DNA from: Octopus sinensis
Lineage: Eukaryota
Assembly (NCBI RefSeq): GCF_006345805.1
Contig: NC_043001.1
Location: 85,126,001 to 85,190,000, forward strand
Reading direction: 5' to 3'
Length of the DNA: 64,000 bases
The notes under the pieces are model-generated. The model did no database searches, had not been told where the DNA came from, and saw only the letters and a program-made list of their open reading frames with translations. This document shows positions 12,367 through 24,969 of the stretch, piece after piece. The translations under genes were made by a program, and so were the position numbers. Numbering within the stretch: position 1 is the first letter of the stretch; each line of letters starts with the position of its first letter.

Positions 12367-12399
<33 letters not shown>

Positions 12400-12462
12400 T
12401 CGTATATATATATATATATATATATATACATACATATATATATATATACATATATATACATA
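12230..12462. repeat. Interrupted (TA)n microsatellite
   Basis: Direct. Confidence 0.95.
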
Positions 12463-12464
12463 TG

Positions 12465-13956
12465 AAAAAATAGAGAATATGATTGAAACTAATTTACTTA
12501 ATATTTATAAACACTATAATAAACATCCTAGAATCTATCTCATCAATAATTTAGTATTTGATATGCCCTCCTTTTGCTTATACGACCACTTTCGCGCGTT
12601 TTTGTATACTTGAAACTAAGTTGGTGCAAGTGTCTGCGTCAATTTTCTGCCATTCATATGTGTGATACTGAGTTTTTTTTATTTCAATGTTTTCAGTGAA
12701 TATCTTATAAATAACTTATCAGTGGATAATATTTGTTGAAAACTTTTACTCAGAAAACGACTGAAGCTCGAGCTGCACAAATCATTGAATTATCTAGTGA
12801 AGCATTTTCCCAAGTTGAAATTTTAAGAAATGCTTGAGAAAAGATATCCATCAAAAGGTACAATGAGTCCAATTCTTCCAAAACCATAAGAGACGAGCTC
12901 GCAAAAAGTGTACAACAGCGAGGTGGAAACAGGTTGCTGAAGAGGACATCTATGGCCGATTGGAAAAATACCTCTTTTGCTGTAGGTACTGAGTTTCCGG
13001 AGGCAACATACAAAATTGTGAGAAGAAGGATATTTGAAGCTAGGCTCAAACGATGTATGGTCAGGAAACAGCCGTTGCTGTCTGAGGTGAACAAAAAGAA
13101 GCGATTGCCTTGGGCAAAAGAGTATGAAGATTGGACTGATGATGATTGGTTTAAAGCTGTTTGGTCTGATGAAAATAACTTTAAGGCAAGTTCTCCACAT
13201 TCATTTCCACTACTTTACAGGACATAATTGAAATTCTGACATTTGTACATATTTTTATTGGATACCAAAAGTGATCGGTATTTTTTTTCCTCCTCAGATC
13301 TTTGGAACCCCTGGAGCTGTTTATGTTCGCCTTGGAGTTGGGGAGAATTATTATCCTGGATGTGTGGTACCAAAAGTCAAATTTGAAGGCGGAAGCGTAA
13401 TTGATTGCAGTTACGTGTCATCTTCAAGTCTCGAACTGTTGTTTACTTTTGCGGGCAAAATGAATTCCAATACTTACACCAATTTTATCAACGTTCCTTA
13501 GCAAACATTTGCAATGATAACATCACAGACAGTGTAATTTTCAAAATGACACAGCTCTATATGACACATCCAGTGACTCAATGGGTTGGTTTCAGGAGAA
13601 TGGGATGAGGTTGATGAAATTCATCCCCTTCAATCACCAGACCTCAACCCTATTGAATATTTGTAGTCACATTTAGATACACGAGTGAGGGTGCACAACT
13701 GTTCTTCAGAGAGCGAATTAGAAGCCAAAATTCATAAAGTCTGGCAGAAAATTGACCCAGCCACTTGCACCAAAGTAGTCTCAAGTTTGCAAAGAAGCAT
13801 ACAAGCGTTTATAAAATCAAAAGCACACATGAAATGCTAATTATTGATGCAATAAACTCTAGAATGTTTATTATGCTGTTTTCACTTATAAAGTAAATGT
13901 GCTTCAATCATATTCTGTATTTGTTCGTACCTGCTCCGTAATTTTGGCCAAGGCTG

Positions 13957-13957
<1 letters not shown>
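12465..13957 (+). mobile_element. Decayed Tc1-like DNA transposon with intron and an inverted copy of its 3' end at the left
   Basis: WSDE, KFEGGSV, SPDLNPIE motifs; right end ...ttggccaaggctg then TA; 12465-12655 is a diverged reverse complement of ~13735-13920; flanked by (TA)n. Confidence 0.85.
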
Positions 13958-13989
<32 letters not shown>

Positions 13990-14134
13990 TATATGTACAC
14001 ATAATACATACATAGCTTGTCCACTTTACTCTGTAAAAATCATAAGGCCAGTTTTCCGGTTTCTCTTGCCTATATATTCCTCTCTGTACGGGACGCTGGA
14101 CTGTCACATGTCTACTAATCTTTATAAGCTAAGT

Positions 14135-14240
14135 GGATTGGAGCAACGGGAAATGAGGTGTTTTGCTCAAGGCTAAAACGCATCACTCCCTCCATTTTCA
14201 ATGATGAGTCCAACACCTTAACCACTGCGCCAAGCGCCTT
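14135..14240 (-). mobile_element. Decayed SINE head (additional family)
   Basis: GAAATGAGGTGTTTTGCTCAAG..GAGTCCAACACCTTAACCACTGCGCC; a related segment is seen at ~55495-55585. Confidence 0.5.
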
Positions 14241-15010
14241 GACATAATTGCATACACACACAGATACACACACACACACACATCTATATATATATATTAA
14301 TATTTAGAAGAACAGGGTGACTCAAATTATCAGAGTTTCGTGCGTTGGCAACTATCAATATGTAGGGGCTGCGTGAGCATGTATAATTATGAGCATGTAT
14401 GTATACATATATGTGTTCGTGTGTTTATGTGTATATACTGGCATTTATACATTGTAAGTGTGTGAGTGTGAGCATATGGCCTCTTATATGTAATATCAAT
14501 TTACTTAACGTAGATTCTTCCGACGGTCGAAAGCCTATAATTTTAAATATCGTGTTAGATAATAATTTTCTGTGGTGTTTCTTGTAAGGTTTATTCTATC
14601 TCCTAGTATTAATTAAATTGCACATAACGGACCTCAAATATTAAGGTAGAATTTTGTTTGACAAGATACATATAAACACTAGCTGACCATTAAAATAAGA
14701 GCGTCTTATATAAATGATTGCCTTTGAAACCGACACTAAACAATAAATTTGAGACAATATTCTAGTATATATAACATGTCACTTGCCTTACACAATATCT
14801 TAGTGTATAGAAGATTTGGCAAACGTATTTTAGCTTTGATGCAAATATCTGTACAACCAGTTAAATACGCCTACTGCAATGTGCAAATGTTTCGAAACAA
14901 GTGTAAGCTAAATAAATCATTCATAATGCACTTACATTTTTTTATGTCTCCCATACATATATATAATATAAAATAGTGTATACATATAAGTATAAATATA
15001 ACTATATATG

Positions 15011-15043
<33 letters not shown>

Positions 15044-15597
15044 ATGTGTGTGTGTGTGTGTATGTGTGTGTGTGTGTGCGTGCGTGTGTGTGCATGTGTG
15101 TCTGTCTGTGGGCGTTACGAAACATAAATTCTACACCCAAATTATAAATTTACATTTGTATCTAAAAATCATTGAAGCATTTACTTACACTGTTAAATAT
15201 TTAAGCAATGTCTGCCAAAAAATAAATAAAGTTATGATTTTTTTATATATAAAAAAAATACCAAGTGATAGCTCTAAACCGTTTGTTGTTATTTATTTTT
15301 GTTGCTATTTAAATTCCAATTAAGAATATTTGTTTCTTCTTTTGGAAACCGGCCCAAATTTTATCTGAAATATTCAAAGAATTAAGAAAATGTGAGACAC
15401 TAAAAAATATATATGTATACATACGTTTATACATATATACACATCTAATGTTTATCTCTCTAATTATGTATTTACCTCTTACATTTTCGCACTCTTTATC
15501 TATCTCTCTATGTTTATATATATATATATATATATATGCACATTTGTATGTAAATTACATATATACATGTATTATTTGATAGATATATAAATAGTGA

Positions 15598-15637
<40 letters not shown>

Positions 15638-15769
15638 TGTTTGAGATATAGATACATAAATCGCTAGATACACACATACATTTATCTATTCTCTTTAAAG
15701 ACTTGACATTCATATCATCCAACACATGCAATTTTACATAGTTAAAATGCCAGAAAGCTGGGACGAGGG

Positions 15770-16623
15770 GACAATCGATTTACTCAACTCAAACCTGTAC
15801 TTCACTAGCACTTTATTTTATGGACCCATGAATTAGGAATGGAAGATGATAACTAAAGCCGATCTTGGTGGGATTTCCGATAGCAACTTAAAGCATTTAA
15901 TCAAATAGAGTTTGTCATTTTATCTGATGCATATTTCAAATGTGATATGAAAGCTACTTCATTGAGTGAGCCATAATAATGGAGTAAAATTTTGGCACCA
16001 GATCACTAATTTTAGAGGCAAGGTTAAGTCAATATCATCGACTCTACTGTTCGAATGGCATATATTTTACTGAACCCGAAACGATAAAACTTGACTTCGA
16101 CGGCATTTGATCTCAGAATGTGAAGCCACAAGAAATTCCGCTCAGCATTTTCTCCTGTGAGGTAATGAATCTGCCATCTCGCTTTCAAATTTTGCAGTAG
16201 TTAATTATTTCTAATTGTGTTTCATAAGGTGCGGTTGTAATCGATGACATTGAATCCAGTGCTCAAATGGTTCTTATTTTATTGATCCCGAAAGTTTGAA
16301 AAGCAAAGCAGACCTTAACAGAATTTGAAGTCAAAATATGAAGAACCGGAAGATATGTCATTTAGCATTTTCTCGGTTGTGTTAACGGCTCTTCCAGTTT
16401 AACGCTTTAAAATTCATCGTATTAAGAATGCGGGACTTAAACTTTTAGGGAGGACGCTAGTTGATTAAACCGACAACGGGGCTCGATTGGTATGTATTTT
16501 ATCAACACTGAAAAGATGAAAGGTAAAGCCGATCTTAAGGGATTTAGAACTTAGAACATAAAGCCGGTAGAAATGGCGCTAAGCATTCTGTCCGGCTTAC
16601 TAACGACTCAGCCAGCTTGCCGC
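15770..16623 (-). mobile_element. Cluster of about four head-to-tail decayed family A SINEs
   Basis: Repeated TTTTAT..ACCCGAAA..AAAG.CGA.CT..GAATTTGA core roughly every 220 bp. Confidence 0.7.
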
Positions 16624-17874
16624 TATGTGTGAGTCATAATAATATAAAGTATCTGTTCTAAGAAAACGATCAGATGTGGTGAACTGATTCACTCATTGAA
16701 AATGGTATGGTTACGAAAGTGGAAATCGGAAATTGTGAACGCAAACCGAGCTACAGAAAGGCACCGGGGAAGCATAACTCCTGTATGTCTGATATAAGCT
16801 CTTATGAAATAGGGTGCAACGGACTGTTGCAGGTAACCTTAGAGAAGAGGTGTCTGGCAAATGCAAAATATTTTAGCAACTACCAGCCCATAACGGCCGA
16901 ATGCATTCAATCGCTAAATCAACCAACACACTGAGATCAACGAGAGTGTTTATAAACATTATATTTGATGGAGCAGTTGTTGTGAACAACTGCTTATTAA
17001 TAGCTTATAAAACAAGAAAATATTATCGTAGCAAGTACTCTTCTGAAAATTTACACAACCTGCAACTTAACATACTTCAGAGCCACGGTACCATCACCAT
17101 TTAATAACGGCCAGCGCATTTATTCGTGTATAAGATCACACGACACCAGTAGCCAAGTTCCTCACAAAAAACTAGTAATTTTACATCTGGATCTACTAGC
17201 ACGGCGTACTTGAAATGTTTATTTAACGCAAGCGTGTAAACTGTTTGAATATTTATTCATATACGCACGCACTGTCTCCATAAATTAGCGCACTGCGCAC
17301 AACTTTACTGACACATAAATACGTGAAATCAGCGCAAGTTACTCATTCGCTTTCTCTCTGTGTAGAGCAGAATGGTATAAGCAACCCTAATCAAACAGGA
17401 TAAAAAAATACCTCACATTTACTAAATTGTTCACTGGCATACGCTAAAGAGTCGGACTTGTGGTTTCAAAATTAACGTTTTGCAGAGGTTATAAATGTAT
17501 GCTTATTAAATTTACGTATGTAAATTTGAGCGTGTATGAGTGTATGTGTGTGTGACTGTCTGTGTGCATCACTGTGTCTGCGTGTGCGCGTGTAGAAGTG
17601 TGTTTGCGTTTGAGTATATTATTAATAGTAGCATGAAATTTACAAATCACAAACTGAGCGGACTATTAATGAAATGTCCTATTTTCAAAAGCCAATTATT
17701 CATCTTCGAATAGAATAAAGACAAATAAGATATGTATATACAGAACACAACGAACTGCTGATAGGTCGATGGAACATCAGTGTGTTAAGTTGGCATTATA
17801 CGATTATATATGAGTGTGCGTGAATTTACATACATACATACACACATACATACATACATACATACATACATACA

Positions 17875-17906
<32 letters not shown>

Positions 17907-18372
17907 GAGGCATACCTTCAGACATATCTGTATATATATACATGTGTCTGAGTGCGTGTATGTGTTTATGTATAATGGCGTTTATGTATAATGAGTGAAT
18001 ATTTAGGAAAGTCTCTATAAATTTTATTCCGACGATAAACTGAATAGAATGTGAATAATAATTATTAATTGGCATCTCTGAATCACCGTATTCTAAATGA
18101 ATTCCACATGATCTTATAGATTCTAGTACTCGTTGTATTGTCTCGCGATATTGGTAGAAACAGTAATTTCTTTAATACAATCATTTATCTTGGAAGACCT
18201 GCTGAGTAAAGATACCACAAAATGCATCCAAGAAAAAGTTTTCTTTCTAACATTGTAAATATTTTTTTCATATGCTTTCTGGGACTTCGTTTTTTTGTAA
18301 TTGTGTCACGTATTTTTGATTCAGGTTTTATGTCGTCACTCTGTCTTCTTTTTTCTGTTGGAATTTCCTCTT

Positions 18373-18407
18373 CTTTCTGAAGATGAGCTCTGCTCGAAAC
18401 GTTAAAG
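18373..18407 (+). ncRNA. Minimal type I hammerhead within a short PLE-like repeat (~18330-18520)
   Basis: CUUU-CUGAAGA-U-GAGC-UCU-GCUC-GAAAC-GUU-AAAG: perfect 4-bp stems I and II, palindromic AACGUU helix III. Confidence 0.75.
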
Positions 18408-18551
18408 TATCGTTCTTTCCTTCCTTGAGCATCTGCTAATACTTTACATGTACCACATACTCGCGTTGTTGTTTTTTTGTGTTTGTCCTTCGTTTTTTTT
18501 TTGGGGGGGGGATTATATATATATATAGCTAAACAGGTAGATATAGATATA

Positions 18552-18702
18552 GGCGCAGGAGTGGGTGTGTGGTAAGTAGCTTGCTTACCATCCACATCGT
18601 ACAGTCCAATTACGTGACACCTTGGGCAAGCTTCTGCTACTATAGCCTCGGGCCGAGCAAAGCCTTGTGAGTGGATTTGGTAGCCGGAAACGGAAAGCCC
18701 GT

Positions 18703-18743
<41 letters not shown>

Positions 18744-18958
18744 GTGTTTGTGTGTCTTTGTTTGTTCCCCCAATATCGCTTGACAACCGATGCTGGTGTG
18801 TTTACTTCTCGTAACTTACCAGTTCGGCAAAACAAATACAATAGAATAAGTGCTAGGCTTACAAAGAAAATGTCCTGGGGTCGATTTGCTTGACTAAAGA
18901 CGGTGCTCCAGCTTGGCCGCCGTCAAATGACTGAAATAAATAAAAGAATAAAAGAATA
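18552..18958 (+). mobile_element. tRNA-derived SINE family B (CORE-like ACCTTGGGCAAG) with internal (TA)n(TG)n
   Basis: GGCGCAGGAGTGG..GTGTGGTAAG head; AAATGACTGAAA..AAAAGA tail. Confidence 0.88.
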
Positions 18959-19399
18959 TACTGGCGGGACACGTGAATATTTCACGGACCTAATGGTAAA
19001 CCAATTGGGTTATTTCTGAAAACTTTATCCAAAAAACCGGAAAGCGTAGACTGTGTTGTGTATGTATGGGAAGATAGTTGCTCATCTACTAATCATTAAA
19101 ATTGGATTACGATTATTATTTAATGCACTTTATCTATATACCTTATATTCTTTATGCACAGTTATCTGAACTTAATACACAGAATTCATAAAATAAAATT
19201 CACTCATAAACAAACAAAAGCAAAAAAAAAAAATCCCGCACATATGATACAAACTTTAGTTAAATTGAATATATCTGCCACGTCAATATACTTGAATATT
19301 TTACGGAATTGCACTTAAGCGCATGCGTTAAGTCATTGGTGATATTAAAAAATTTAGTTCAATTTTTAAAAATACACTTTACACTATCCAATCAACACC

Positions 19400-19481
<82 letters not shown>

Positions 19482-19534
19482 TAGTGTAGGATGAAATGGA
19501 GCTGAACGAAGATTTAACAAAATTCCTTTTTATT

Positions 19535-19620
19535 ATTTTCTACATATGTTTCAAAGGCTGCAAAGTCCCTAATTCGGATTGAATAAGGAGACCATTTTGC
19601 AGCCTTTTCTTCAGGAAAAT
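19535..19620 (-). ncRNA. Type I hammerhead ribozyme, inverted 5' copy
   Basis: Reverse complement of 22958-23043 with A instead of G at the first stem II position; core and stems intact. Confidence 0.82.
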
Positions 19621-19655
19621 CCAGGAACTTAATTCTCCAACAAAATGCGCATCAA

Positions 19656-21590
19656 ATGGAGTTGTTCGAGATTAACGCATCCCTTAAGGACATTCCTATA
19701 CTACCAAAGGAAGCCTTCCTTAAGGAAATTGTCTGCAAAACAAATGCATTCATCAACCGGATTAGATGGCTCGTTTTCTTTCATGATAACGAGGATTTAA
19801 AACAGAACCGGTCCGCAGCATCATCCGAATATAAGAAGCTTTTTAAGTCGATGGAGACGCCACCACCTAACCCCAGACTTAAGAAATTTGAGGATGACTT
19901 ATGGGGCATTGTAAGGAGGATTAAATTCAGGAAGTCGCCCCGTAGGAATGAACACCTCAGATACCTAGAGAAAATTACTAAGGATATCAACAGGTCAGAC
20001 GGAATCCTGGTCCAGTCTGACAAAACAAGGAACACTTACAAGTTACCTAAAAACCAGTACTTAGAATTACTTAGAAAAGAGATTCAGAAGAACTATAGAA
20101 CGACAAATAAGAACACACTGAGAAGAGTCAACTTGGAGATTAAGAAAATTATGGTTAATTATGGAATTCAAATGAGAACACAACCGCTCAACCCAAAACA
20201 ACCTAGATTCATCGTTAAGGACCACAAACCAAATTTCCACTCCAATCCATCATTAAGGCTCATATGCCCTTCTAGTTCTGACATCGGTTCCATCAGTAAG
20301 TACATTTTAGACAAATACATTCCTAGTTTAGTCAATAAGCTTAAGCTCAACCTCTGGGCGAACTCCTCGCAAGTCGTAAAGTGGTTCTCTTCTATCCCTA
20401 ATAAAAACCGAACTAAGTTCATTCAGTTCGATATTGCTAATTTCTACCCCTCGTTTAACCCTAGTGTACTCAATAAGGCCCTGTGGCATGCACATAATAA
20501 GGCAGGCCTCACAAGAGAAGAAATTGATATAATTCTAGTCGCCAGAAAATCCTTTATACAGTTTGAAGATAAGTTATGGGTTCGTAAGGATACTCCCAAC
20601 GAGTTCGATGTACCTATGGGTAGTTCAGATAGCGCGCAGATTGCCGATTTGGTCGGAATCTATATTCTCTATGAATTATCCGACCAATTCCCGGACATCG
20701 GTGGTGGCCAATATCGTGACGATTGTCTGTTTTACCTACAGAACACCCCGAATAGAATCGTACAGAAAACTAAACATAGATTAGCTAGGTTCTTTAATAG
20801 GATGGGCATGAGTATAGCTTTTGATAACGAACTTACTAAGGCAAATTTCTTAGATGTCACACTAAACCTCCATAGCGATTCTTACTGCCCCTACCACAAG
20901 CCTTCCACTAACTTAAAGTATGTCAGTGTTTTCTCTAACCACGCAAAAACTATAACAGACAATTTGGTTAAAAATATTTCTCAAAGATTAACTAATTTGT
21001 CTGCCAATGTCGAATTTTTAGACAGAAAGCGGAATTTTATAATGCCGCCCTGTCAAAAGCCGGTTATAGGGAGAAGGTAGTATATATAAATCCGGCCCGT
21101 CTGAAGCCAGCATTCTGTCATCAGGATAAGGTAAGTTACAATAACATAAATAATATAAGTAGTGAAGGTAGCCAGAGGAATGTCGATACAAGTACAACTA
21201 GAATAAATATAGATAACATAAATAATTTGCGGTCCAGGGGAGGCCATAGCAAGCCAAAACCCATTATCCAACCCAGAAATACCCACCTTAATGTTAGAGT
21301 TGACTCCCCGAATCAGTACAAAAACAGGAATAACTATATTTGGTTTGTAATTCCCTTTGGTAAACAAATAAGATCTAACCTACCACTGCTGTTTCGCCAA
21401 GCCATTGCCAGTAATTTTCCCAAAAATTCGAGATATTACTCCACTGTAAACTCGCACAAAGTTAGGATAGCCTTCTCCAATACTAAAAATCTTTCACAGA
21501 TAATTTCCTCCCATAACAATAAGATGCTAAATAAGACCCTCTCACCCACGAACGGAGACTCAGCTCCGTCTAATGCCAGCATAACACGCA

Positions 21591-21626
<36 letters not shown>

Positions 21627-22372
21627 GAACTGGCACAGATATTAGCAACCTCCATGCCAGCATTGGAGTTAGTAATAGTAATAAGGATAAGAGTAAGGGT
21701 AGCGTCTTTAGCGTAAGTAATGGTATTAGGGATAAGAGCACTGATCGAGTCATTAATGTATGGAGTCCCAACAACAATATTAACAGCGGTTTTAACAACA
21801 GTAGTATCACGGGCATTAGCAATCACAGCGTTCTCAGTGGCAGGGAGTATACAGGCGATATTGCATTAAATAGTAATGATAATGGGGTTAATAATGTCGA
21901 AGACAGCCGTAGTTTTTACAATCATCATAGTAATAAGAACGCTGTATTAATATCGGAAGCCAACCCCAATAGAATAAGGTTCTTATCTAGTAATTCCAAG
22001 ATTAGAAACGCCATTTACCAGTGCACAGTTTATACTGATTCAGATGTCTATATGTATATAGGGGCTTCATCATCGAAATTGGCTGTTAGAATATCGAATC
22101 ATTTCTCAACGTTTCGCAATTTTGGAAAGCAACACGCTACTGGACTAAGTAAATTAGTCTGGCGTTTGAAGAACGCGAATTCAACCTTTAGACTGGAATG
22201 GTCGATTTTATCGGTGTCTTTACCGTTTGATAGAGGCAAAAGAATCTGTAATCTTTGCAACTCGGAACTATTTCATATCCTGTTCGCCAGAGGGCAACTT
22301 GTTAACTCGATTGTGGAAAATTCTGTTAGATGCCCGCACTGGAGGCGGCACACATTTCTTGCATTCCAATGA
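19656..22372 (+). CDS. Penelope-like RT/GIY-YIG endonuclease polyprotein, one frameshift at the T5 run 21015-21019
   Basis: RT motifs QFDIANFYPS, PMGSSDS, GQYRDD, FLDVTLNL. Downstream IWF..PF...N...II.SHN.K.L block, AIYQ...YIG...R..NH (GIY-YIG) and C-terminal CNLC...CPH. Adding one T joins both ORFs into 906 codons; I checked that the second frame has no stop from 20996 to 21227. Confidence 0.88.
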
Positions 22373-22957
22373 AGTCTAAGATAGTTAACCCCTTGATTTC
22401 CTAAGGAAAGGAAAAAAATTTTGAATTAAATTTGTAAGGGGAAATCACTCCCCTATTAGCGTAAGAACTGCTACTTATCTAGAACTGCCTTCAGGGATGT
22501 CACTGTTATCATCCCATTGTTGACATTCCATCCCTCTACCAACTGTTACAGACGAACACCCAGACACAGTTTTTTTCAGCTGCTTGACCATTAATAGCTG
22601 CTATATCTCTCTTCCTATCAGCCTTCTAAACACACTGCCACACATACATAGGCGCACACACACATACATGTAGGCAATTTCTCACACCCAAGCACTATAG
22701 CACTCATTCTTAACACAATTCGAATTTTAACACCAATCATATAGAATACATTCTCTCTCTTTGATTTTCCTGTAACCCTCCCCCCTGTTAACCGGATTTT
22801 GACCTTGATTTATCTCAACGGACTTTTTCGTCTGCTTTCACCCAGCCTGGCGTCAACGCATATTGAGAGACAGTTCTGTGCCATTTACCCCATGGGCTCC
22901 TCGCGAGCGTTTGTCGAAAAGTTTGATGCACATTTTGTTGGAGAATTAAGTTCCTGG

Positions 22958-23043
22958 ATTTTCCTGAAGAGAAGGCTGCAAAATGGTCTCCTTATTCAAT
23001 CCGAATTAGGGACTTTGCAGCCTTTGAAACATATGTAGAAAAT
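22958..23043 (+). ncRNA. Type I hammerhead ribozyme in the PLE 3' terminal repeat
   Basis: Stem I ATTTTC/GAAAAT; core CUGAAGA; stem II GAAGGCUGCAAA/UUUGCAGCCUUU; GAAAC; palindromic stem III ACAUAUGU; cleavage triplet GUA (after 23037). Confidence 0.88.
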
Positions 23044-23270
23044 AATAAAAAGGAATTTTGTTAAATCTTTGTTCAGGTCCATTTCTTCCTACACTAAATA
23101 TATAAACTTCAAATTTCCGCATTAAGGCACGGGTTTGAGACCTCATGATCGTAACCTCAACCGTGATTTTTCTGTTGTGATTTTTGCTACCCAGGTATCG
23201 GTTATCTTTTGAATAATCCGTAACAAGATAATTCATTTATCCATTTCAATATACATATATATATATATAT

Positions 23271-23357
<87 letters not shown>

Positions 23358-23881
23358 TATATACACACATGTACCTATATACATTGTATGGCGACGGAAG
23401 GAAGATTAAAACAAAGTACAACATTAATTAGTGGATAGTAAGGTATGCGAAACCATATAATATAATTTGCAGAAGATGACGTCTCTGCTCCGAGGAGTCC
23501 CAGTTTATTCTGTGGATTAGCGAGGAGATAATAGAATTTCTGAGCAACTCTCGAGATGCCCACACGCATATAAATATACTTTCGCACAATGCAGTGAGGA
23601 TGAATTTTGAGTAACTGTTAACTTAACCTAATTTACTTTAAGGTATGGATGACTTAAGTTTACATTAAACCTCCCCATTTTTATAAATACCATGTAGATA
23701 ACTAATTCGCTTTGTAATTATGAGTACACCAAACCTCACGTGTGCGTATGCTCACAATTTTGAGATTGCTTGTATGAGCGAGTGTACTCGCGCCATGTAG
23801 CTTGCCCAAGGGCGAATGTACATCTACATCTATTAATGGTTATTTTAAATACTTTTACTTTTAACGAATTCTATCTGTTTG

Positions 23882-23985
23882 TCACATGACGAGATACATC
23901 TGCACCAAAGGATGCTCCTGAACCAGTTGTTGAATGTCCCACTCAAAAGGAAGCGATGCTAGCTGTGTCGAAACAATTGACGTGA
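23882..23985 (+). ncRNA. Decayed hammerhead
   Basis: UCAC/GUGA stem I, AUGACGA (C3 mutated), GAUAC/GUGUC stem II, GAAAC-AAUU-GAC (U16.1 mutated). Confidence 0.5.
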
Positions 23986-24134
23986 TTAATAATACATTCT
24001 CGTATATTCCATCTTCTGTCTTTCATTTGCTATATATATATTAAGTCAATCCAAACATGAAAGAATAAAAAAACACAAGGACGTGGAACAAAAATAGTAT
24101 TATTGGACACTCAGGAAAGAAGGAAAGAAGGAGG

Positions 24135-24160
24135 GTTTAACGGAGCTCTTCGTCGGAAAC
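24135..24160 (-). ncRNA. Hammerhead remnant with CCGACGA core, lacking the stem II 3' strand and GAAAC
   Basis: GUUU-CCGACGA-AGAGCUCC-[gap]-GUU-AAAC; architecture parallels 18373-18407; sits in a ~200-bp repeat (24050-24230). Confidence 0.45.
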
Positions 24161-24239
24161 ATAGGAGAAGGAAAGATCCAGAGAAGGGAAGACAGAGGGA
24201 AAAAAATCGCCAAGGGTACACACGCGCTCATATATATAT

Positions 24240-24345
24240 ATATGACGGGCATCATTCAGGTTCCGTCTACCAAATCCACTCAGAAGTCTTTGGTTGACCC
24301 GAGGCTATAGGAGAAGACACCTGCCCATGATGCCACACAAAGAAA
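24240..24345 (-). mobile_element. SINE family B internal fragment
   Basis: TTCCGTCTACCAAATCCACTC..CCCGAGGCTATAG. Confidence 0.7.
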
Positions 24346-24905
24346 TATACAGTGCTTATAAATAAAATGAAATATAAATTTGAAAGAAACCAAAGTTGAC
24401 ATGTTTTTTTTTTGTCCAATATCCTCATATATGATTTAATAAAATGTTTGGTAGCATTCGAGGATATAACATATTTCATAGAAAATCTTTTCTTTCTCTG
24501 TAACCGTTACATGTATTTTCTCTCTCTCTTTTTTCATAACGATAAATATTTGTTTTTCCTTTATAATTTTTTCTTTTACATAATAATAGTCATACACTGA
24601 ACATCTGTCTTATTATGATGAAATGGTGACAGACATCTCAACAGGTTTTGTCTGCATTCTATTTTTAAAGTATATCAAACGTATTTTTCTTTATATTTGC
24701 TGATTGTTGTTCTTTTTTATACCGCTATGTTTTTCTTTTGCCAGTTTTTTTTATGAACAACCTTTATATTTCCAAACCAAACAAAGAAGAAAACGAAAAT
24801 GAAAATATCAACAGCAACAAAAAAGAAATATCGTAGAAATTTATATTAACTTTCTCATACATTAATACTGTCTTTGTTGTCTAAAACATCACCGATCTCA
24901 GCAAT

Positions 24906-24969
<64 letters not shown>

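Larger units (their letters stand above)
19477..23248 (+). mobile_element. Penelope-like retroelement (Naiad-like) with inverted ~180-bp terminal repeats
   Basis: RT + GIY-YIG ORF; 19477-19656 is the reverse complement of 22922-23101 with about 5 mismatches; both copies contain a hammerhead; (TA)n on both sides. Confidence 0.9.

Noticed and set aside
12152-12613. [12 protein letters not shown]-type ORFs here and at 23202, 25917, 37267, 40070, 56568, 61842 etc.
   Set aside because: Microsatellite translations. Only the ends of 55175-55399 and 56568-57089 are real, as S-crystallin exons 2 and 3.
21436-21826. Leu/Ile-rich minus-strand ORFs
   Set aside because: Antisense of the Asn-rich PLE linker.
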